A stretch of 64,000 nt of DNA, from UHGV virus genome UHGV-0096064, one strand, 5' to 3'. This stretch comes from a virus. The position numbers and the translations under genes are program-made. Under the pieces are notes generated by a model. It was not told the DNA's origin and did no database searches. It saw only the letters and a program-made list of their open reading frames with translations. Positions 45,470 through 53,680 of the stretch are shown here, piece after piece; positions within the stretch are counted from its first letter, which is position 1, and the number at the start of each line of letters is the position of its first letter.

Positions 45470-45780
45470 AGTGCACAATGTAATATCAACAAACCTATAT
45501 TACATTGTTACCTACACTGTAGTATTACACTGTTACAGGTGTTATATTGTAGCATTACACTGTAACGCGCAATGTACTTTTACAATGTAACACCTGTTAC
45601 AATGTAATGTTATTGTAAATTACATTGCACACTTGCTTACATTGTTATGGCATTGTTTTTTACATTGTTGCAGGTGTTACATTGTTTTTTACAATGTAAG
45701 TTACACTGTAAGTGTAATTACATTGCATGTAACATTGCGTCGCGCAATGTAAATTTTTACAATGTAATTACACACAGCGC
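45470..45780. repeat. dense array (>20 copies in ~300 bp) of a palindromic motif TTACA(A/T)TGTAA; iteron or operator array and candidate replication origin or master control region
   Basis: Read directly from the sequence: ...ttacattgttacc tacactgtagtattacactgttacagg...ttacactgtaacgcgcaatgtacttttacaatgtaacacctgttacaatgtaatgttattgtaaattacattgc...tttttacattgttgcaggtgttacattgttttttacaatgtaagttacactgtaagtgtaattacattgcatgtaacattgcgtcgcgcaatgtaaatttttacaatgtaattaca. GC content drops from ~60% to ~35% here. Confidence 0.7.
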
Positions 45781-45788
45781 GGGTTCCT

Positions 45789-45806
45789 TATTGATAATGG
45801 ATTATC
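45789..45806. promoter_or_regulatory. perfect 8-2-8 palindrome TTGATAATggATTATCAA (operator-like)
   Basis: Read directly from the sequence. Sits between the two iteron-rich blocks. Confidence 0.45.
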
Positions 45807-45899
45807 AACTTGCAACTTTTGCAAAAAACGAGATTCCGTAAGTTGTTGAATTTGTTGACCCGGAAAAATTTTCGCAAACCCCAAAAAGTGGTGAAAAAA

Positions 45900-46460
45900 T
45901 TACACAGGGAGAAAGTTACATTGTAAAAACGGGGACGAACGGGAGGACAGGAAGAGTAGAAAAATCAAGGGTTTATATATATTATTTTTTAAAAAAGAAT
46001 AAAATATATATATGTACTATGTAACTTTTTACCCCCTTACAATGTAACGGCCTATCCTAGTCGGCAAAAATGCAAAATGCTTTTTTCCAAATCGCCGAAC
46101 TTGATTGTGAAAATTTTCACCACTCAGGCGGCCTCGATTTACATAAGCTGCTATGTAACTTTTTGCGGAACCCCCCAAAAAAAACTTGCAAATTTGCATA
46201 CCCCCTTGAAAATCAGCGTAACACTTCAACGATTTCAACAACTTGCAACCAATTTTAAAATGCAAGTGAATTTTTTCACACTTGCAACTAGTTGGAATAT
46301 ATTAGGATACATCTTGCAAGTCAATTTGCAACCCCATTTTTACATTGTAAAAAGTAAAATCGTGTTACTCGTTTACATTGCGCAACACCGTCGACGCCGC
46401 CTTACACTGCATAACGCAATGTAAAAACAATGCAACAATCCTCACTATGTAATTACATTG
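45900..46460. repeat. second, sparser block of TTACATTGTAA-family motifs plus five ACTTGCAA(C) repeats, flanking a ~60-bp A/T stretch
   Basis: gttacattgtaaaaacg, ccttacaatgtaacgg, tttttacattgtaaaaag, gtttacattgcgcaa, cttacactgcataacgcaatgtaaaaacaatgcaacaat, and aacttgcaaatttgcatacc, caacttgcaacc, cacacttgcaact, catcttgcaagtcaatttgcaacc. Confidence 0.6.
45961..46020. promoter_or_regulatory. ~60-bp nearly pure A/T stretch; candidate DNA-unwinding element of the origin
   Basis: aaaatcaagggtttatatatattattttttaaaaaagaataaaatatatatatgtactat, in a ~60% GC genome. Flanked by the iteron-like motifs. Confidence 0.4.
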
Positions 46461-46648
46461 TTCTGCCCCTTGTCCAGTTCTGAGCGCGACACACGCGACG
46501 CCGTCCCCAAGTCCTGAGCTCCGCCCTGTCGCCTCTGCCTTCCGAATCCGGTTTCACTATCCCCAATAATCCAGTTCACCTTAACATCTTGATATTCCTA
46601 CTCAATCCAGTTCAACAAAAATAATTCCGAAAATTTTCGCTACAACTC

Positions 46649-46677
46649 TTGACAACATTTCAGTAACTCCTTATCTT
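46649..46677 (+). promoter_or_regulatory. sigma70-like promoter for the rightward (early) arm
   Basis: TTGACA-17 nt-TATCTT, ~90 nt upstream of the first early gene. Position +/-2. Confidence 0.45.
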
Positions 46678-46762
46678 GGCATCAACAACGGCGAACAACG
46701 CCGCCGGTTGCTACCGTAGCAACCCGATAACTTCACCTAATCCTATTCAAAGGAGTTCCCCA

Positions 46763-47113
46763 ATGGCTATGAGCTTTATGCTTTCCGTCCAGTCCACGTT
46801 CGCGCCTGAGCCCATTACGGGCATCGTCAAGGGTGATCTTGTCGTCTACCATCATGACGGCACGGTTGTCGCCGTCTATCACAAGGGCTCTGTCCTGTTC
46901 GCTCCGGTCTATTCGGATTCCCATATCGAGGCCGTGAACTTCTTGATGCACCTGTTCGCCATCCCCTTTTTTGTCCGGAACATGAACGGGACGAACTGGA
47001 TAACGTCCCGGCTCACGGGGGAAACCCGGTATACCGTGAAGCCATACCTTGTCGCTCTTGCCGACTATCAGCTTGAGTTCCTCGACAACCTTGAAGCAAT
47101 CGTCAACGCGTGA
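46763..47113 (+). CDS. early protein, member 1 of a tandem paralog array
   Basis: 116 aa from an ATG with an AAAGGAG RBS (the ORF-track start at 46676 is upstream). Related in layout to the next genes. Confidence 0.5.
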   Translation: MAMSFMLSVQSTFAPEPITGIVKGDLVVYHHDGTVVAVYHKGSVLFAPVYSDSHIEAVNFLMHLFAIPFFVRNMNGTNWITSRLTGETRYTVKPYLVALADYQLEFLDNLEAIVNA

Positions 47114-47535
47114 GGAATCCAGTCATGAGAACAAACATCCCCGATAGAATTATCAGGGCTATCCACGCTTATTCCCCGTGGGCTTGCGAGACTGTGCAAG
47201 TTGTCGTCGAATGCCGTCGACTGGCGAACGGACGAATTGTTTCATCTCTCACTGTCCGGTATAAGGGGTTCGCCATTGCTTGCTATGATTCCGAAACCGG
47301 AACGCTTTCCATTATCCGGTGCCACAACTTTGACGGGATGGCGGCGGCTCGAATCAATTCCGTACTGCGTGCCTTCAAGTTGAATGAACGGCTGGCATAT
47401 CATAAGGGGGAATGCCTGATTCTTACCAGTGACGCCAACGTCCCTATGGAACCTTATGACGTATTCAACTTGTACGTCCCTATTGACAACCGTCCTGTTG
47501 TCCCTTACTATGGATTACAGTTGACCGACAACTGA
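47110..47535 (+). CDS. early protein, paralog array member 2
   Basis: 141 aa. Shared block VRYKGFAIACYDSETGTLSIIRCHNFDGMAAARINSVLRAF, compared with members 3 and 4. Confidence 0.55.
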   Translation: MRNPVMRTNIPDRIIRAIHAYSPWACETVQVVVECRRLANGRIVSSLTVRYKGFAIACYDSETGTLSIIRCHNFDGMAAARINSVLRAFKLNERLAYHKGECLILTSDANVPMEPYDVFNLYVPIDNRPVVPYYGLQLTDN

Positions 47536-47574
47536 CTTGCAACTATCCAGTTCAACCACACTGGCACCAAAGGA

Positions 47575-47976
47575 GTGTGTACCATGCGGCAGATTACTAA
47601 GGAAATGGTGGAAGCGATACGAGCCCCCCGGCGGTACTGGAAGGACAACACGCTTGTTTCCGTCATACACAACGAGGCAACCGGACTGTTCAGCTTGTCC
47701 GTCTACCTCCATGACCACCTGATTGCCCGGTACGTCAACACCGACAACACCTTGTGCATATCCACGGCGGGGTGGTCTACCATGACCACAAGGGAGAGGC
47801 TCAACGGCGTCCTTCACGCTTTCGGACTCCCGCACTATACCCGCCGCATTTGCCATAACCTTTGGCTGTTCGACGAGAACGAGAACCGGGAGGTGATGAA
47901 GGGCAATAACTTCTATGACATTCCCATTGACCGGGACAAGTGCCCCGTCAACCTCCCCCCGCTCGTCAAGCCCTGA
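47575..47976 (+). CDS. early protein, paralog array member 3
   Basis: 133 aa. VYLHDHLIARYVNTDNTLCISTAGWSTMTTRERLNGVLHAFGL aligns with members 2 and 4. Confidence 0.55.
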   Translation: MCTMRQITKEMVEAIRAPRRYWKDNTLVSVIHNEATGLFSLSVYLHDHLIARYVNTDNTLCISTAGWSTMTTRERLNGVLHAFGLPHYTRRICHNLWLFDENENREVMKGNNFYDIPIDRDKCPVNLPPLVKP

Positions 47977-48078
47977 CCCCGAACTTTCATCCAGTCCAGT
48001 ACCCGGCGGACAAGCGGACTCTACATCCGCCCGCCGTCACGCGAACCCTAACGCCCATGCCAAGCATGGAGGTACATC

Positions 48079-48885
48079 ATGCAACAAGTTATCCGCCACT
48101 CCGTCCAGTCCTTCATGGCCTGCACCCCCTACCGTCACCGGGATACCGAGATTGCCGTTTCCCATGACGACAACGGCACCCCGTCCGTCCGCCTCAACTA
48201 CTACGGCAACCGCGTAGCCCTCTACTCTCAGGGCGTGCTCATGGTTTCCCCATGCGGATACGCCACCCGCTCGACTGTCGTCCGCATCAACGCCGTGCTT
48301 GACGCTTGCGGCATCCCCGCCCGCTTCATCCTTAAGCGCACCCCCTCCAATCGGAACCAGCTCCATATCAGCCACAAGGGGAAGACCTCCCTTGTCGGGA
48401 ACCTCCACGCATCCCACGCTTTCAACGTCCCTGACGGCTATCAGCCGGGGTTCAACGGCTACTCCCATTCAAGCCCTGACCCCCTCCCTACCCGTGAACA
48501 GCCCACGCCCAACCGTTCCTATTCGTCCATGAAGACGTGGCGCATGGCCGCACAAGCCCTCTCCGCTTTCCGGGAGTACGACTCCCGCCATGTCCATGTC
48601 CGATACGTCGACTACGACACGCCCGCTCAACAGGCGCGCCTCTATATGCACAAGACGAACCTTGTCTATCTTACCCACGGTTCCGTTGGCTTCTTCCCTC
48701 CCGAATCCAAGACGCAAGCTGAGTGCCTGTCCGTTGTCCTCCCCATCATCGACGTACCCGCCACCGTCCGGTGGAACGGCGGGCATCCTGTCGTCGTACC
48801 GAATGACGTCGACCAGCCGCCATTCCATTTCCCCGACAAGCAAGCCCCTGTCGTCTTTGTCAGGGCTTCCCAAATTTTCGTCTAG
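48079..48885 (+). CDS. early protein, paralog array member 4 (longer, 268 aa)
   Basis: LNYYGNRVALYSQGVLMVSPCGYATRSTVVRINAVLDACGI aligns with members 2 and 3. Has an extra C-terminal domain. Confidence 0.55.
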   Translation: MQQVIRHSVQSFMACTPYRHRDTEIAVSHDDNGTPSVRLNYYGNRVALYSQGVLMVSPCGYATRSTVVRINAVLDACGIPARFILKRTPSNRNQLHISHKGKTSLVGNLHASHAFNVPDGYQPGFNGYSHSSPDPLPTREQPTPNRSYSSMKTWRMAAQALSAFREYDSRHVHVRYVDYDTPAQQARLYMHKTNLVYLTHGSVGFFPPESKTQAECLSVVLPIIDVPATVRWNGGHPVVVPNDVDQPPFHFPDKQAPVVFVRASQIFV

Positions 48886-48935
48886 CCCTCGTCCAGTCCA
48901 TCCCTTGAACCCATACCCAGACAGGAGAATACCCA

Positions 48936-49358
48936 ATGGAAGACCAGCGACTTGACCTGTCCCTGTGGGAGTGCCGCCACTTCCCGAACATCTTCAACGC
49001 TCTGAGGAATCGCGAATGGCGGTACGCCGCCGCCGACTACCTCGTTGCCACCGACAACGACAGGATACAGGTGACCCGCGCTCTCTATGACGGCTTCACC
49101 ATCCTGTCCCTGTCGAACGGGAATACCCTGCACTTTCCCAACCCCCAACCCCCGGCGGATTCCGTCCCGTTCATCCGGTTTACGCTCATGCAATGCCGCG
49201 TTCCGTTCGCCGTCGAACTCCTCCCGTCCGGGCAACTGGAGTTCAGGACGAAAAACAACATGCGGATTGACCCGTCCGGGTTGCCCCTCGTGCTGAACTC
49301 CGAGTTCCGCATGTCCCGCAATACCTTTGTTCAAACCATGTTGAAGGCGTGGAGGTAG
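48936..49358 (+). CDS. early protein, possible divergent paralog array member 5
   Basis: 140 aa. Same size class and upstream TCCAGTCCA element. Sequence similarity to the other members is weak. Confidence 0.45.
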   Translation: MEDQRLDLSLWECRHFPNIFNALRNREWRYAAADYLVATDNDRIQVTRALYDGFTILSLSNGNTLHFPNPQPPADSVPFIRFTLMQCRVPFAVELLPSGQLEFRTKNNMRIDPSGLPLVLNSEFRMSRNTFVQTMLKAWR

Positions 49359-49359
49359 C

Positions 49360-49716
49360 ATGTCACACAAGCCGCCAGTCATTGCGCCATATGTCGACGC
49401 CTTCATCAAGCGCCATATCCTACGGCATCGGCAAGTGGTCATACAGAACTTCACCAGCGAGGAAGGACAACGGACGACTTGGCTATACAACAAGGGCAAT
49501 CTTGTCCTTATGTTATCCAACTTCCAGTTGTCCATCCATACTTATCACCTGACCGAATTTACTGAGGCACTTGCCAACGGCGTGCTGAAAGCCTATGATA
49601 TGGGTATCCATATTCATGCTACCGACAGGTATGTTTATATTCAGTATGACAATGGGCATACCGTGAAGAAAGATAAAGGCAATATTTTTTCCGTCTTTGT
49701 CCCGTTAAAGGATTGA
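49360..49716 (+). CDS. early protein, possible divergent paralog array member 6
   Basis: 118 aa. Block LYNKGNLVLMLSNFQLSIHTYHLTEFTEALANGVLKAYDMG resembles the Y.G..h....(n)...T..R.N.VL.AF pattern. Confidence 0.45.
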   Translation: MSHKPPVIAPYVDAFIKRHILRHRQVVIQNFTSEEGQRTTWLYNKGNLVLMLSNFQLSIHTYHLTEFTEALANGVLKAYDMGIHIHATDRYVYIQYDNGHTVKKDKGNIFSVFVPLKD

Positions 49717-49786
49717 CAACCACAAGCCGTTGTGCCATAACCGAGACAAGGCAAGCAACCAAACCTTTATTACAGGAGTTTCCGTT

Positions 49787-50128
49787 ATGTATATGACTCT
49801 TTCTGTTGACGATTTCCTGGATGCGTTCAATGACGCCGGGCGTGGCAACCAGTTTTCCAGTCAGGGCTTGCGCGCCATGTTCGATTACTTCACGGACTTG
49901 GAAGACCAGACAGGCGAACCGATGGAACTGGATGTTGTGGCTATCTGCTGCGACTATACCGAGTATGATAGCGCCCTCGACGCCGCTTCCGAATACGGAT
50001 TCGAGCCGGAAGAAGACGACTCCCCCGAAGACGTCGAAGATTCCGCTTTCGACTGGTTGCAGGAAAGGACGATGGTCATTCCTGTCGGCGAGGAGACAAG
50101 CGGGGGCGTGATTATCGCCGCGTTCTAG
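49787..50128 (+). CDS. small highly acidic early protein; candidate DNA-mimic or anti-restriction-type protein
   Basis: 113 aa with ~30% Asp+Glu (DVVAICCDYTEYDSALDAASEYGFEPEEDDSPEDVEDSAFDW). CAGGAG RBS. The ORF-track start at 49730 is upstream of this ATG. Confidence 0.45.
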   Translation: MYMTLSVDDFLDAFNDAGRGNQFSSQGLRAMFDYFTDLEDQTGEPMELDVVAICCDYTEYDSALDAASEYGFEPEEDDSPEDVEDSAFDWLQERTMVIPVGEETSGGVIIAAF

Positions 50129-50141
50129 TTGTGGCCTCTAC

Positions 50142-50170
50142 CCTATCCCGTTCATCCCGGACGGGGTAGG
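50142..50170 (+). terminator. conserved intergenic hairpin, copy A (CCTATCCCG...CGGGGTAGG)
   Basis: cctatcccgttcatcccggacggggtagg, 14 nt after a stop codon. Nearly identical element at 51565..51591. Confidence 0.45.
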
Positions 50171-50222
50171 CTGTGAGTTCACAACAACCCGTCAACCAAA
50201 GGAGAAACCCCTGTTCAACCTG

Positions 50223-50519
50223 TTGGCTCACACAATCGACGAGACTATGCTTGAGCTTATCGACAAGCAAATCAAGCGATTCGTTTCCGGGAAGTGCGAC
50301 GCCGTCCACGCTATGGTTGTCATTGAAAATCTTGTGGACAAGTACGCCAACTATCGGACGGCGCAACGGGTGGCGGATGAAGCCAAGACCACCGTCGACG
50401 AACTGAACGCGCAAGCTGAGGCCACCGCTGTTGCCTACGACAAGGCGCGGACTGATGCAGAACTGCATTATGGCTTGTTGCTCAAGGGCTTGTCCCAAGC
50501 CAACGACCTGAACAATTAA
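50223..50519 (+). CDS. hypothetical early protein
   Basis: 98-aa ORF, helical and charged. Confidence 0.5.
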   Translation: MAHTIDETMLELIDKQIKRFVSGKCDAVHAMVVIENLVDKYANYRTAQRVADEAKTTVDELNAQAEATAVAYDKARTDAELHYGLLLKGLSQANDLNN

Positions 50520-50546
50520 CCATCCAATCACAAGTGAGGTATCGCC

Positions 50547-51176
50547 ATGAGGACTGAACAGATTACCCGTACATGGTACAAGTTCGAGGAACTTCCGGAA
50601 GACGACCAGCAAAAGATTATGGATGATATGTTGCTGCGTTCTGATCTTGCTCAAAGAGAAATGGAATACGTGCAGGATAGGGATTTTTGGAGTGACCTTG
50701 AAAAGCAATTCCATTTGGGTGTACAGGTTGACCAGCATATATACTATGACGTTGCCCGTTACGTGGATGTTGTCGCCTACCATCGGGAAGATTTCTATGA
50801 GCATGTCCTGTCTTTGTACGCCCGCAAGTTTACGGACGATGAACGCAAGTTTATCAATCAGCTCATTGATGCGGATGTTCTGTCGTTTTCTATCGACCGT
50901 CGCCATAAGTATTCTTGTAGCGGCGTCCGCGTCGAGTGTGCTCTCCGGTACATGAGCGAACTTACGGAGTTTGAAGATAACTATGACGAGGCCGTGGACA
51001 TGGCGGACAAGTTCCTGTCTGTCGTCGAGGAATACGCTGAGGACTTTCTTGAGGAAGCGCGCCTCGCCATCCGCCGCCTCTATGAGTACGCCACAAGCGA
51101 GGAATATATCCGGGACTGCTGCATCAACTTGGATAGCGAATACACCTATGACGATCAGGGGAGGCTTGTCTTATGA
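50547..51176 (+). CDS. acidic early protein (209 aa)
   Basis: Asp/Glu-rich (EELPEDDQQKIMDDM, EFEDNYDEAVDMADKFLSVVEEYAEDFLEE). Contains YDVARY. Confidence 0.45.
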   Translation: MRTEQITRTWYKFEELPEDDQQKIMDDMLLRSDLAQREMEYVQDRDFWSDLEKQFHLGVQVDQHIYYDVARYVDVVAYHREDFYEHVLSLYARKFTDDERKFINQLIDADVLSFSIDRRHKYSCSGVRVECALRYMSELTEFEDNYDEAVDMADKFLSVVEEYAEDFLEEARLAIRRLYEYATSEEYIRDCCINLDSEYTYDDQGRLVL

Positions 51177-51550
51177 GCCACGTACTTGGTTCCTTCTTCC
51201 GGGGCATCCCATGCACTGACGGCACCCTGACTTGTTCCGTTGACGGGTTCTCCGTTCTCGACAGGAAAGACGTCACGCTTGCCTATTGCAAGGACGGTTG
51301 CGTTACCGTCTTTACCAGCCCCTCCATCCTTAACGATTTCAGGAACCGCGCCGCCGTCAACCGGATGTTGGCTTACGCTAGGACTAAGTACAACTGGAAG
51401 GTATCCTACATTTTCCACGGTATGCGTCCTTTCAACAATTACCTGAGTTCCGTTAGGGACGACAACACCGAGTCCTCTTGTTTCAGGATGGACGGCATAA
51501 GCTCCATCAAGTTCAGTCTTCAAACGGGTGACATTTACATCTTCAACTAA
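51173..51550 (+). CDS. hypothetical early protein
   Basis: 125-aa ORF overlapping the previous stop by 4 nt. Confidence 0.5.
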   Translation: MSHVLGSFFRGIPCTDGTLTCSVDGFSVLDRKDVTLAYCKDGCVTVFTSPSILNDFRNRAAVNRMLAYARTKYNWKVSYIFHGMRPFNNYLSSVRDDNTESSCFRMDGISSIKFSLQTGDIYIFN

Positions 51551-51564
51551 CTGATTGTTCCTCA

Positions 51565-51591
51565 CCTATCCCGGTCATGTTCCGGGGTAGG
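51565..51591 (+). terminator. conserved intergenic hairpin, copy B (CCTATCCCGG-tcatgtt-CCGGGGTAGG)
   Basis: 15 nt after the stop codon. 9/10-bp stem. Same motif as 50142..50170. Confidence 0.45.
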
Positions 51592-51760
51592 GCATGGAGC
51601 AGGCAGAAATGGCCCGCTGAGGCGCTTTCCTGTCCGTCCCCAACCCAGACAAGGGGACAGGAGAGAATGCCCCGGAGAATCCGTCTACGGCGGAACAAGT
51701 ACGGGCCGTTGACAGGCCGCCGGATGCGGCGCAATCTTTCAAACACGGAGGCAAGAAGTC

Positions 51761-52102
51761 ATGGCGAGAAGACAACTCTTTGAAACGGGCGGCATCCCCA
51801 AGCATATTAGGGTTTACGACAACGGCGGGGAGACTACCGACAGGTATACTATCGTATTCACCTACGCCCACAGGATAGGGTTCAAGGGCCGCGTCCCGTT
51901 CATGGGTAGCGGCGTTGACCCACGGGGCATGTCCTACTTCACCGACTTGGCGCGGGAGATGTTCGCTCTGGAGAAGGGGAACAAGCGCATCCGGTTTACG
52001 GATTTGCCCGACGCCGTGCAGCGTGAGGTTCTCCACCTGTACCGGGAGTTGTGGAACGTGAAGCCTGACGTTACCCTTATGGACGGGGAAGCGGACGCAT
52101 GA
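51761..52102 (+). CDS. hypothetical early protein
   Basis: 113-aa ORF (VYDNGGETTDRYTIVFTY). Confidence 0.5.
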   Translation: MARRQLFETGGIPKHIRVYDNGGETTDRYTIVFTYAHRIGFKGRVPFMGSGVDPRGMSYFTDLAREMFALEKGNKRIRFTDLPDAVQREVLHLYRELWNVKPDVTLMDGEADA

Positions 52103-52176
52103 CGTGGCTTACAGCCATTATCCTGTGCATGCTCATTGCGCTTTCCGAACGCTAACTTTCAACGGTAGGTGTACAA

Positions 52177-52689
52177 GTGATGATAGGGCTATTCATTCAA
52201 GCAACCAGCATGGAGGGGACGCGCAACGTCCTGCTTGTCCTGACCGGACAACAGGAGAAAGTCCTGAACCTTCAAGGCAACGAGTCGTTGATTGCCACGG
52301 TTATCAACGGTATGGACTTGGCTTTGCCTGAGACTCCTCCTGTTCCAGACAACGGGATGGGAGAGCCCCGGCAAGTCTGCATTCCTCATACCCTGTCTGA
52401 GCTTACGCCAACGGACAAGTTCAAGCTGGTCATGAGCAACCCCCCCCTGTATGCGGACGGGGAAGACGTCGACTTGCTGGACGTGGACTGGTCATGGGTT
52501 ATCCCCCATCCCATACGGGCATCCCGGTTTGTTCGTATCTTGCAGAAGCTAGGCATCCATACCGTGGCGGATATGTCCATCCCGTCCCGTGCCGACTACA
52601 TGCACACGCCGGGGATTGGGAGGATAAGCCTCATGGCTATCGAGGGCGTGCTCCATATGTACGGCTACACCTTGAGCGCGGGGGATTGA
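52177..52689 (+). CDS. protein with an RNA-polymerase alpha-subunit C-terminal-domain-like helix-hairpin-helix module
   Basis: C-terminus FVRILQKLGIHTVADMSIPSRADYMHTPGIGRISLMAIEGVL matches the alpha-CTD pattern L..LGI.TV.DL.......L...PG.G..SL.EI. Confidence 0.5.
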   Translation: MMIGLFIQATSMEGTRNVLLVLTGQQEKVLNLQGNESLIATVINGMDLALPETPPVPDNGMGEPRQVCIPHTLSELTPTDKFKLVMSNPPLYADGEDVDLLDVDWSWVIPHPIRASRFVRILQKLGIHTVADMSIPSRADYMHTPGIGRISLMAIEGVLHMYGYTLSAGD

Positions 52690-52690
52690 T

Positions 52691-53014
52691 ATGAGAGAGC
52701 CCATTAAGCACGCCGTCGCCTCGTTGCGTAAGGACAAGGAGAAATACTTTGCCCAACTTAGACAGGCGCAAGACAGGTACGAGGCCAGCGCCCGGCTGTT
52801 GGCTGTAGCCGCTTCCCCGTACCAGATTGGGGACAGGCTCCGCTATTACCGTCCCGACATCGGAGACGAGGCCGCCGGGATTGTGGTCGACATTATTGCC
52901 CCTGCTGTGGGCAAGGGTGACTTCTGCCTGACCGTGCGCCGCCGTCTCCGCAACGGCGCGTTCTACCCATACGTCGAGTTCGTCCACAAGGAGGACATTA
53001 TATGCGAGAAGTAA
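52691..53014 (+). CDS. hypothetical protein, tandem paralog 1
   Basis: 107 aa. Similar architecture to 53002..53346: a helical N-terminus ending in RQAQDRYE or RARQDYS, then P(Y)..GD..RY....G.I.... Confidence 0.5.
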   Translation: MREPIKHAVASLRKDKEKYFAQLRQAQDRYEASARLLAVAASPYQIGDRLRYYRPDIGDEAAGIVVDIIAPAVGKGDFCLTVRRRLRNGAFYPYVEFVHKEDIICEK

Positions 53015-53346
53015 ATGTAGAGGAAGCCATCCAGTCTATGGTTGGCGTACAGCGCATGGCGGACAGGCTGAACCGTGCCCGTCAGGACTACAGCGTGGTC
53101 GTCCATGAGTTTCTGGATAAGTTCTGCCCTTACGAGGTGGGAGATGTTGTCCGGTACAGGGAGAAGCATACCCAACGCACTCTGATAGGACGCATTATCA
53201 AGGTCGTCCCGAACCTGTCGGGCAACATCAATCAGGGGCTCTACAAACTGGAGATATGCAAGCGGACGGGCATCGGCACCTATCGCCGGGTGCCGGATAT
53301 TGTGGACATGGGATATGTCATGGAGGTTTTCAATGGCGGTTACTGA
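53002..53346 (+). CDS. hypothetical protein, tandem paralog 2
   Basis: 114 aa. See 52691..53014. Confidence 0.5.
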   Translation: MREVNVEEAIQSMVGVQRMADRLNRARQDYSVVVHEFLDKFCPYEVGDVVRYREKHTQRTLIGRIIKVVPNLSGNINQGLYKLEICKRTGIGTYRRVPDIVDMGYVMEVFNGGY

Positions 53347-53680
53347 TTATCTCCGTCCGGTGAAACACCACACTTGCGGCATCCCGCCTCTCGTGATGAT
53401 GAGCTTGCGCAACTTCTCCCTCGCCGCTCCCAAGCGGCTGGTGGACTTGGCACGGGAGACCTATGACAACCTGTGCGGACGGATAGAGGACTGCCTGTCC
53501 GGTCGTGGGGTGCCCGTCGACAAGGAGGAACTCGCCGCCGAGATTGCGGCGCACCTTATCATTGACGCCGCCTATCTCCACGACAGGCTCAGGGTGGCGG
53601 GTGCCCTCGTCGGGCCATTCCCCTATGACTACCTCGCCGACCGTATCATGCCGAGGAAAGACAAGGAGATAATCCAATGA
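53333..53680 (+). CDS. hypothetical protein
   Basis: 115 aa from an ATG with a GGAGG RBS (the ORF-track start at 53300 is upstream). Confidence 0.45.
   Translation: MAVTDYLRPVKHHTCGIPPLVMMSLRNFSLAAPKRLVDLARETYDNLCGRIEDCLSGRGVPVDKEELAAEIAAHLIIDAAYLHDRLRVAGALVGPFPYDYLADRIMPRKDKEIIQ

Noticed and set aside
45470-45780. CRISPR array interpretation of the TTACATTGTAA repeats
   Set aside because: Repeats are 11 bp, palindromic, irregularly spaced and often overlapping, with no spacer periodicity. They fit an iteron or operator pattern, not CRISPR.
46077-46424. 115-aa plus-strand ORF inside the AT-rich control region
   Set aside because: Low-complexity translation of iteron-rich A/T DNA with no RBS. 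The region is better explained as non-coding regulatory DNA.
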